From Eremomyces bilateralis CBS 781.70 (lineage: Eukaryota), in NCBI GenBank assembly GCA_010015585.1, contig ML975177.1: DNA of 64,000 nt. One strand, written 5' to 3'. The notes under the pieces were generated by a model, which ran no database searches, was not told the DNA's origin, and saw nothing but the letters and a program-made list of their open reading frames with translations. Both the position numbers and the translations under genes were made by a program. Positions 1-9,066 of this stretch are shown here, one piece after another. How positions within the stretch are numbered: the stretch's first letter is position 1; each line of letters opens with the position of its first letter.

Positions 1-2158
1 GATCTAGTTCTTCGAAACTGTCGCAGTCAAGAACCAGATCAAAGGGAGACTCTTTCAAAAGGGACAATTGGGCAAATGTACACGATGACTGCAGTAGCAT
101 GCCGGAGTCGTAAGCGGGACACATCAAATGTATACGCTAAGCAGTTGGGGTTATATATGATCTCTAGTGGGACAAAGCGGCGGGTTGTGGATACAGCTGC
201 TGGTCTCGGGCTCACTGATACATACCAAAGTATCAATGAGAATGTTTCGGATATGGCCCTCAAGGCGAAGGCAGGTTGATTTATAACTTAAGTTAGATCT
301 TTTCTTCTAACTTTTCTATTAGAACCGCCTCCCACAGCTGGCCAAAAAGCCAAAGACAGTTCTTGTTTATGATAACTTCAACTTCAAAGATACTGTGCGC
401 GAACAGACAATTGGTTCAACTCATATCATGCGGAATCTGACAACATGCCTGTTGGTTGAGAACCCATATTTGCCTGATGAAGGTTTATCCCAATCAAGTT
501 TCGATCCCACCCAACTTCTCTCCTTCAAAGATATCTGTAAAGCCGATGGTTTAAAGCATGATAAAAAACAGCAGAGTATGGACATTCACTTAGTCTACGA
601 GGCCCTGCAACACGTTCATTCTACAAGCATTGACCTGGTTTTCCAATCACAGCCGTCTACTGTCCCTGCTTACCCAGAGATCAACCGTCTATATGCAGGT
701 GGGAATGCAACAAACATTCATCATCTTCGAGCTGCCCCTTTTGATGAAGGAACAATCCAAGGAACTTACGGAGTTCATGAAGATATTTGGATCCGACAGT
801 TGGGTTTCCAATCCCAGCCACCAAGCGAAGACTTCACAAACCGTCTCTGGTTGGTATTTGGAGATCAGAAAACAGCCCAACATATCCGTACTCTGAAGGA
901 GGCACAGAAGAATGCAATTCTACCTTTTGACAGACGGAGATGGATGTTAGGTCCATCTGGACTATTCCATGTCCTTATGAATCTAATACTAACGATCGTC
1001 CGTATCCATTTTGATACGGAGCCTACACTACCGTCGGATACAAAGCCTTCACTACCAACGGATGCGAAGCCTTCGGTGCCATCAGATGCAACGCTTCTAT
1101 CGGATATCATCTACTGGGATCGAAAAGGATATACTCGAGAATCCCCAAAGTTCTACATGTTTGACCCTCTGCTCAGGCAATCATTTTATGCTCGTGTCTT
1201 AATGCTATGGTACCATGTTCTTACGAGACGAGGACATATCCAAAAGGCATTCCTTGAAGATACCAGTCCAAGTTCAAAACTGGATCTAATTATCCAGAAC
1301 CTAGAGCTAGAAGAACTTATCTCTACAATGAAAGAGGTCTGTACACTGGCATTCTCTCCAGAGGCATGGGACACGACACAATACGGACTTGAATTTCGAA
1401 GTCTCTGCCGGCTTGTCCAGTTGATCAGCATCTTCCTTTCTTTGCGTAAAGCAGTCAAGAATAGCGACATCGGCTGGATTGACCGTTTAATCGATCCACT
1501 TGCAGTTATCTTCCACGCAACTGGACAGCACAAGTATGGTGATGAAATGCTCCATCTTCGTTGGATATTATCTGAATGCGTTTCAGAGAAGATTCTCCGC
1601 GACGCAATACTATCATCTAGTCTTGTGAATTTGCATGGCAAACCAGGCCAGTTTAAGGCTATTGATCTAGCCCTTGAACACGTTAATTGCGCATACAAGA
1701 TTGATATGAAGTTATTAAAGAATTCAACACATAATGCAGACAAAACCTTTGGTAGAGTCGCATTATTAAGTAATGTCTTCTCTAAGATTCGTGGGGCATG
1801 GGAGAACTCATTTGGTTTTACCCAAAGCGATCGACATACAACCAAAGCTGATCAACGGGATATCTTTAGTCGCGCCCTTCAACTATATCTACGCAGTCCT
1901 TTGCTCACTATCCAACCTCGCGAAGCTGTTGGTTGGGACGCACCTGATATCTTCCGGATTGGTGCTGAGGTCTTGGAACAAAAGGTCAATTCCTTCAACA
2001 ATCGGATACCAGTCCGCTCTAGTGTCATCCCCCAGACTGATCCTGAGGACCTTAATGAAGAGACGGATTTGAATCCTCATAACTCTGAGATCTCACCAGT
2101 AATTACCTACTCTGAGGCTTGTGAGGATGGGCTTGTTAAAGATCATGACATTCTTTGA
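1..2158 (+). CDS. Academ-type DDE transposase (DUF6589-like), 5'-truncated by the window edge; GC-AG intron 271-322
   Basis: Frame 1 is open from base 1 to 270. After the intron it reads NRLPQLAKKPKTVLVYDNFNF into ORF 395-2158. Motifs YDN, FGDQKT, GLFHVLMN and IDLALEHVN are typical of this fungal family and give a candidate D-D-E triad. Confidence 0.75.
1013..1090 (+). repeat. 24-bp degenerate tandem repeat (3 copies plus a partial) inside the transposase
   Basis: Encodes DTEPTLPS-DTKPSLPT-DAKPSVPS-DA. Confidence 0.85.
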
Positions 2159-2608
2159 CTGCGTTATCGCTCACTTCATCTATACCCCTCGAAGCCCTCC
2201 ATATCGAAATTGCAGTTTAATGGAAGTTATGAAGCATGAATCATCCTCAAATAAATCGTGATATCTGTCGCCTGTGACCTACGTAACTGTCCCCTCCATA
2301 TACATAACTATTCTAATCCCTCTGTCTCTTAGTAAGGCATATCTTAATCTGTAGGCCTTCCTTTTCTAGAAACGGTCCGGGGGTTGAGGTGTGTCTTAGT
2401 ATAGTATCTCTACCAATCCTTAGTGTTTTTCAAAGATGATAACATTGCTGGAATTCCCTTATTAAGGGCTACAAGATGATGTATATATTATCATAATTCA
2501 ATGGGTTCCTACCCACCCTATTTTCTTTGAAGTTGGTACAAATTTGGAAATAAAAGGATACTATTAGTCTGAAAAGGGCTATCCGAAGTTCTCCCAACCA
2601 AAACACTT

Positions 2609-5428
2609 CTAAATCTTCTTGTTCTCTTTACCACGCTTCTCCCATAGATCCCTCCCTTTGGGCGTCAACTGTACATGAGAACGAAGACCAGCTCGTTTAG
2701 GTGTATTAGGCCTATCTTGTCTGGTGACCTGTCCTTTCTCCTGGTTTCCAGATACTCCCCTAAGCGGCGTCCGACTTCTCTTGTGTATACCTGAAGAATT
2801 GTGAGTAGTTCGTTTGGTCGTTTGGCTGCGCGACCAGATGTTAACAGGTATAGGGGCTCTGATATCGGAGGAGATCGTAGTCTTATTATCTGTACCAGAA
2901 TCTAACTTAACGCTAGATTGTGATACGAACGATGACTCCCCTCTTACGATAAACGAGCTTCCTAATTCCTGCGACCCTTCCGATATCTCCGGCTGTGACG
3001 AAAACGAGGGCCAATGGCGGGGTTTGAACGTTTCCCGATACTCATTAAGCTTCTGAGCAAGTAGCTCGTTATGCATGATAACCCGGAGCCCATCCCTATC
3101 GTCTGCTAATTGACGACTGCGGACATATTGAGCAACCTTTTCCTCTTTAGGTAAACTGGGATTAGGTATAATACTCGAGTCTTGAGGATTACTCTCTAAG
3201 TTTTGAGCAGTACCCTCTGTAGCCTTTCTGGCCAGGGCCTTGATGTTCCTCTTGCACTTTCGTTCCTCTAGTATCGCGTTATGCTTCGAGCATACCTCTA
3301 GAACTATCCGGACAAGGAATGCCAGCAAAGGATCGAGGAGGGTGTTCTGATATTCCCAGTTTTCGATGTCAAAGAGGGCTGACAATGCCTCCTGATCCGG
3401 TATAGGTACCGTTGTTGAGTTCTTCACACAGGTATACATAGAAGCAATAGCCCACTGCGCTTCTTGAGGAATGACCACCCCAGCTGGAACTGGAATCATT
3501 TGCTGCGCTCGTGGGAAGATCGATTCTACCTGTTCAAGGCACCATACAACCAATAGATTCAGCGCAATACCTGCCTTAGTCTCCCTGCCAGGTTTGGTAG
3601 ACTTGAGGGGGATATCAGGCATTGGTAGCAACTGGAACAATGCTATATTACACTCCTTCCCATTGTAACAGACCTTCTTGTCTGCTCGAATGGGGATAGT
3701 ATCTGGCTCGCATTGGTCCTCGTTAAACTCCGCAAGGAATACCTGCCGTCTGCATGGCGCGTTTGCAAGAGAACGGATCGTTATTGGGAGGGTTGCCCTA
3801 TGCTTGAGTTCATCAACAGTCCATGTAGGTAGACTATCTGACTTCCCCCTCTTCTTAGACTTTGGGATAGTTGATTGCGAGTTCTCTTGACTAGCGGCTT
3901 CGGTATTATCAGACTGTTGAGAGCAGTCAGACTCAGCTCCATCGCCTTGCGATAATGGCGATTGTGAATAGGTGGTATTAAGTAACCGGAGTGTATTCCG
4001 CCTGCCCTTTTTCTTCTGAGACAGTGGCTGATTATTACGCGAACTAGGCATTTGAACAGGATCCTGTCCCATTAAGTCGAACGCATAGTATGGCAGGAAT
4101 ATAAAAGCCATCCCATTGATTGCCTGCTTCACCCGAACAGCCCGACCAACCCGTTGCCAAATATCACCAAGATCGTGGCCGATTGGAAGTCCCCATTGAG
4201 CAACCACCATAATATCAGGAATGTCCATACCCATTCCAAGAGCAGTAGTTGCAACAACTACTCTAAGGGAAGAGCATGGGGATCTGATCTTATCGTATAG
4301 CAAGTCCTGGTCGTATCGTGAGGTATTCGATGTATATGCACCAACTGCATCCCGAACCATGGCTGGTTCAAACCCTTGAACAAAGAGATACCGCTCTAAG
4401 GATGCAGAGATATTGGCTACCGATTGAAGTCCATCTACAAAGATGATCGTTTTCGGGATTCGCTGGAGGTCGTCTTCCGTCCTACTAGTTGGATGCTCTA
4501 ATGCATGATCAACTAGAAACCATAGCCGTTGGTAAGCCTTGCTCTTTCCTCTCTCAATGGGCAAAATGTTAAGTGAGATATCAGGTCGATCAATTGAGAC
4601 TCGGATGATCTTAAGTGGCAGTTCATGGTGTGTCTCTTCATAGAAACCACCATAATAGATAACAGCCTGTTCTGTGGCCTTGTTCAAAGTGGCAGAACAA
4701 CCAAACCAGATGGTATCAGCACGTAAGTACCGACGTAATTCCCTGATCTTGAGATATTCCAACCGGAATTCCTTCCATTGCTCCATAACATGGAGCTCGT
4801 CAATTGCAACCACACCAATCTTGTTCTTTACGTCAGGGTTTAACAGCAAATCACGAAACTCATCGCTAGCTGCTTGCTCAGGACCCATTAAGATATGGGT
4901 ATATAACCCAGCTGCAATCTCCTGTAACAGTTTCGGATTCGTATGCTTGGTCTCCGCTGTAATAAGGCAAGGCCTGGCCTCTGGTAACTGTTCAATCGAT
5001 CTCTTCTGCTCCTCCCCAAGCTTGCTTAAAGGAATCAACTGGATGACAATTCTGCCAATAAAGATTGGGATAGCATGGAAGATGATGCTCTTCCCAAAAC
5101 CAGTCTTAGCAGAGACAATAGTATCTCCATAGCGAAAAACAATTCGTCGAAGAGCCCGAACCTGGTTGATACGTGGGAGCCGACCACCCAGGAGTCGCTG
5201 CAAACCATGGAAGATAATATCATGCTGGTATTTGATGTTCTTTCGTATTAGACAGGCCTTTACTAACTCTTGCAGTACCGAGCATAACTCTTTCTCTGGT
5301 GTCGTTGCAATTATGGATATCCGTTCTTCGATCGTTTTCTCGATAGGAGGTGGTTGTACAGAGGCTAAATTTTGGTATAGGGAGGTTTCACGCTGATGGG
5401 CGCGGCCTCGCCGGCGCTTCACTCGCAT
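2609..5428 (-). CDS. RecQ-like superfamily II DNA helicase (transposon-borne)
   Basis: 939-aa intronless ORF with Walker A AKTGFGKS, DELH, SAT, ATTALGMGMD, QRVGRAVR and an RQC-like Cys region (CRRQVF...CYNGKEC). Confidence 0.9.
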   Translation of the reverse strand: MRVKRRRGRAHQRETSLYQNLASVQPPPIEKTIEERISIIATTPEKELCSVLQELVKACLIRKNIKYQHDIIFHGLQRLLGGRLPRINQVRALRRIVFRYGDTIVSAKTGFGKSIIFHAIPIFIGRIVIQLIPLSKLGEEQKRSIEQLPEARPCLITAETKHTNPKLLQEIAAGLYTHILMGPEQAASDEFRDLLLNPDVKNKIGVVAIDELHVMEQWKEFRLEYLKIRELRRYLRADTIWFGCSATLNKATEQAVIYYGGFYEETHHELPLKIIRVSIDRPDISLNILPIERGKSKAYQRLWFLVDHALEHPTSRTEDDLQRIPKTIIFVDGLQSVANISASLERYLFVQGFEPAMVRDAVGAYTSNTSRYDQDLLYDKIRSPCSSLRVVVATTALGMGMDIPDIMVVAQWGLPIGHDLGDIWQRVGRAVRVKQAINGMAFIFLPYYAFDLMGQDPVQMPSSRNNQPLSQKKKGRRNTLRLLNTTYSQSPLSQGDGAESDCSQQSDNTEAASQENSQSTIPKSKKRGKSDSLPTWTVDELKHRATLPITIRSLANAPCRRQVFLAEFNEDQCEPDTIPIRADKKVCYNGKECNIALFQLLPMPDIPLKSTKPGRETKAGIALNLLVVWCLEQVESIFPRAQQMIPVPAGVVIPQEAQWAIASMYTCVKNSTTVPIPDQEALSALFDIENWEYQNTLLDPLLAFLVRIVLEVCSKHNAILEERKCKRNIKALARKATEGTAQNLESNPQDSSIIPNPSLPKEEKVAQYVRSRQLADDRDGLRVIMHNELLAQKLNEYRETFKPRHWPSFSSQPEISEGSQELGSSFIVRGESSFVSQSSVKLDSGTDNKTTISSDIRAPIPVNIWSRSQTTKRTTHNSSGIHKRSRTPLRGVSGNQEKGQVTRQDRPNTPKRAGLRSHVQLTPKGRDLWEKRGKENKKI

Positions 5429-5672
5429 GGAGGCAGATCTGGAGGTTGATCCTCTATACTTGATGACGCGATATGCAGCTTTAAAACTCTAGTTACAGAA
5501 TGAACAGTTAGCAATTTGATATTTAAAAGCCATAGGACTCTTTAACTAACTCTTATCTATATTTCATCAACTTCTGGTGCCCACCCAACTTCTCCGTATG
5601 ATGTTATTCGCCATCTCGACATTTTACCCAAATCTCATCATCTACGCATCCATACACATTTTGCAAGCGTTT

Positions 5673-5790
5673 CTCAGACGGTACCCAAGACAGTTGCACC
5701 CACGTGACTAGTTTGTACGCTAAACATGGGTTTAATCTGGTTACGGTTTAGCTTAACCAGGGTCATGGCTTGGATACCGTCTGAGCCCTA
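5673..5790. repeat. Subterminal inverted repeats and putative transposon terminus
   Basis: ctcagacggtacccaag (5673-5689) matches the reverse complement of cttggataccgtctgag (5769-5785) at 16/17. Shorter inverted pairs lie between the arms: gctaaac/gtttagc and ctggtta/taaccag. Confidence 0.8.
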
Positions 5791-5920
5791 GCTGAGATAA
5801 GTGTTGATGCCACCTTCGCCCACTTCATTCAACACTCAACTGTTTCGACTATTCGAGTGTATTACACCACAGCCAAGTCTTCGCCATTGCAAACTCTCCA
5901 TGTCAGATATTAGAACTCCG

Positions 5921-6318
5921 ATGTCTGTAGAGGGTCTCATTGGTCTTTGGGAAGGTGCTTCCACCCACCCCTTTTCCCCTGCCGTTGGGAAGAACAGTCA
6001 ATTCGCGGTCGGATTTATCCTCCTACTTTCAGGTATGGGAGCTAAATGGAGCTGGCTGATCAAAGGAATTGAGGAAGCTAACTGTTGGATAGCATTCATC
6101 GTCTCTGGCATATTCGCTTTCAGTGTGTAGCTTCCTTGTCCAGTCTCAACTTTTCTAACAGAACGGCAGACCGATCATTAGCTACCGTCCCCGCCCTAGG
6201 AATTCCCGCGTCTTTGGCGTTTGGGTATGTCTCTTCCTACCTGTCTATAAAGGCCTGGCTGACCATCCATAGGTTCGGAGCCGTGTATATGATTTGTGCT
6301 GTGGGAGTTTACGTTTAG
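5921..6318 (+). CDS. OST5: Oligosaccharyltransferase small subunit Ost5/TMEM258-like (4 exons; alternative ATG at 5900)
   Basis: Introns 6033-6092, 6123-6169 and 6225-6272 give MSVEGLIGLWEGASTHPFSPAVGKNSQFAVGFILLLSAFIVSGIFAFNRSLATVPALGIPASLAFGFGAVYMICAVGVYV, a two-TM protein with the conserved GVYV end. Confidence 0.85.
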
Positions 6319-6415
6319 CCTGATACCCCAGAAGAGTTCGCTTCTTTGTACCATAGCAACTACAATTGCAATCGATTCCTCAACCGTTGTCCCAAACCAT
6401 ACAGCATTTGGCATC

Positions 6416-7491
6416 ATGCAACAAGAGGCCGATGACGACGGTGACATTCTCTTCAGCGCCATCTCAAACAATGTTCGGGCGCTATGGCAGCTGCTCCGCT
6501 GCATAAACTTTACCAAAAAGGCGCGTGTTTACATTTCCAATGATGGCATCAGTTTTAGCGTGGAGGAGACAAGTGTCATGGATGGTATGTGCGCCCAGGA
6601 TGGTATCAAACGCCGCAAGCTCTAAGAATCCGTATAGCCTCCGTCCTACTTACGAAGGAGCTCTTCTCAACCTACCGATTCAATCCTCCACCACAAGAAG
6701 AACCTGAAGGCGGTCACGATGAAGCAAACGGATCCAGATCCATGACGGACACCCTCCCTTTCGAAATATCCCTTCCAGCACTTCTCGAAACGCTTCAGCT
6801 GTTCGGCATCACCGAGCTGTCAAGTACACGATCTGGCCGAGACTTCGGCAGCGCTCCCCCTGCTGGTCCCTCTGCCTTTGATCCACGCGCCATCGGAATG
6901 CCATGCATCTGCCGACTCAGCTACACTCACGTCGGCGCACCCTTACAGATCATCCTGACCGAAGGATCCGTCACGACGACATGCGAGCTTACAACCTACG
7001 AGCCGACATCGGAGTCCAGCATACCATTCGACTCGGCGGATGTGGCGCTCAAAGTTCTGGTGCGATCCAGCGTTCTCTATGACGCCGTGAATGAGCTGGC
7101 GGGAACCAGTTCGGAAAAGCTTCTCATCACTGCATCGCCAAGGGCTCCGCGCCTGTCACTTACTGCGCCGGGCGCACTCGGGAGTGCACTGGTCGAATTC
7201 ACCGGGGAAGGAGAAAGCGCCGAAAATCTGCTCGAAACGTTCAATCTGCCGTACGGTGTTCGGATCACGAACGAGTACAAGTTCGACTTGATCCGGAAAG
7301 CGCTCAGAGCCATGGCGATGGCCAATAAAGTAAGTGTCCGGTTTGACGGGCAGGGTGTTTTAAGTCTTCAGTTCCTAGTCGAGGTGGACAATGCCGCAGG
7401 AGGCAAGGTGACCTTCGTGCAATTTCGGTTCGTGCCGTATCTTCGTGAGAATGACAGCGAAGAGGAACGACCAGATTACGGCGAGGATTAG
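6416..7491 (+). CDS. RAD1: 9-1-1 checkpoint clamp subunit Rad1/Rec1/Rad17
   Basis: N-terminal LFSAISNNVRALWQLLRCI...GISFSVE, one intron (~6585-6638), then TTTCELTTYEP and KVSVRFDGQGVLSLQF, typical of the Rad1 PCNA-like family. Confidence 0.9.
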
Positions 7492-7573
7492 ACAGTAGGC
7501 GAATGATAATAATGTAGAGCAGACAGATCGGTGTAGTTGAACATGATCATACAACTATGAAATGTACCCCGAT

Positions 7574-9066
7574 TCATCGCCGTTCCTGTCGGCGCCTATC
7601 TCTGTCGTCGGGATATCTCTCCCTACTACGATGTCTCCTTCTTTTGTCTCTGTGTTGGTCACGACTCCTACTTCGTCTCCTTTCCCCGGGTCGAGGTCCT
7701 CCATCATCATATTTTGATCTTCGATAGTCCGGCTCACGGTTCCTACGTGGACTTATGCTCCGCGACCTGCGTCTCCCACCGTGATGTTCTTCTGGCGCTT
7801 CCGAAGGACGACCATTCCCACCCTTGCCCCGTGCCTTGTCAAACACCATACCGTACTTGTCAACCCTTGTGCTTCCCTCGCGGTCTTCCGTGCGATATTG
7901 CCTCTTCTTCTCCAGGCCTTGAATGCCGCCAAAGCCTGCCGCAGACTGCCGCTTCGTGTTGGTCGCTGTCCGCCACGTGTCGGATAACCGACTGACACTT
8001 TGGGAGAAGTCCACGTGGATGCGATGATCGTCGATCAGGACGTCCTGCATCTTGAAATACGCTTGTTCGCAATCCTTCGCATTCTCGAACTCGATGAATG
8101 CGTACTGGAGGGAGTCGCCAGTCCGTTTATCCCGAATGACTTCGCAGCTCAGGATCTTCCCGAACCGGCTGAAGAGGAGCTCCAGGTCTTCGTCGCGTGT
8201 AACGGGATTTAACTTGCAGACGAAGAGGATGTTCTCCGGGGGTTTGACTTCTGCGAACGGAAGGTCTCCCATCATCTCCAACGTCAACGCTTGTGCCCGC
8301 GCTTCTCTTTCTCGCCGGAGATTCTCAAGGGCTTCTTGGTCCATCTCCACGTCCAGGTCCTCGTCGTCTGCTATTCTGACCGTCGCCATCTGCGCAGGCG
8401 TTGGTAGCGGGCTCTTTTGGGGTAGGAAATCCACAAGGCCAGGAGGATCATTGATCGGATCGTCCAGTATGATGGTATGCCGGATGCGAATATCCTTGAG
8501 CGGTCTTCCCGCGTCGTCAATGAAGGCGCTGTTGATTTTCTCCAGCACATCGAACCCTTCCACGACCGTTCCGAATACGGCTCCCTTCCCATCGAGATAT
8601 TCTAGGTCTTCCCCCAGTGTCACGATGAATTGACTCCCCGCCACCCGGTCCGTATCGTCCTCTTTGCCGATGGGCGCGGTGGCCATACTAACCGTGCCGC
8701 GCTCATGATGTTTCAATGAGGGTTTGAACTCGGGGGCGAAACTCTTGTTCGATGGCCCTTGTAGCAAGCCCCATATCGATGATCCACCATCGGAGTCGGC
8801 ACTAAAAGGGCCCAAAGGATCGCCGGTTTGGAAGGAGAAATTGCGCTGGATGGAGTGAATCGGGGAGTAATTGTAGTATTTGATCTTGCAGAGCTTGAGG
8901 AAGCTGTTCACGCGACACGCGCACACATGGTTAGGAACTATTATATTCAGCCGAACAACACTCAAAGGTGGTAGGATATCACGTACTTTTCGCAGCACCT
9001 GGGCGCTTGATCGACCAAGAGGTCGATTACGATATCACCCAGCGACGTCTCCAAGAGAACCGACAT
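7574..9066 (-). CDS. Cyclophilin-RRM peptidyl-prolyl isomerase (PPIL4/Rct1/Cyp6)
   Basis: [19 protein letters not shown] start, one intron, a cyclophilin domain (FQTGDP, GSQF), an RRM ([16 protein letters not shown]) and an RS/RD-rich tail. Confidence 0.95.

Larger units (their letters stand above)
1..5790. mobile_element. AcademH-like DNA transposon (transposase + RecQ-like helicase), right-hand part; left end lies outside the window
   Basis: A convergent pair of a DUF6589/Academ-like DDE transposase and a RecQ-like helicase. The candidate terminus reads 5'-TAGGGCTCAGACGGTATCCAAG on the minus strand from 5790. A 17-bp imperfect inverted repeat lies at 5673-5689/5769-5785. Housekeeping genes begin immediately after 5790. 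Confidence 0.75.

Noticed and set aside
2609..5428. Host RecQ/Sgs1 orthologue or telomere-linked helicase
   Set aside because: Intronless, no recognisable HRDC, paired with a transposase and bounded by a TIR-like end; no telomeric context.
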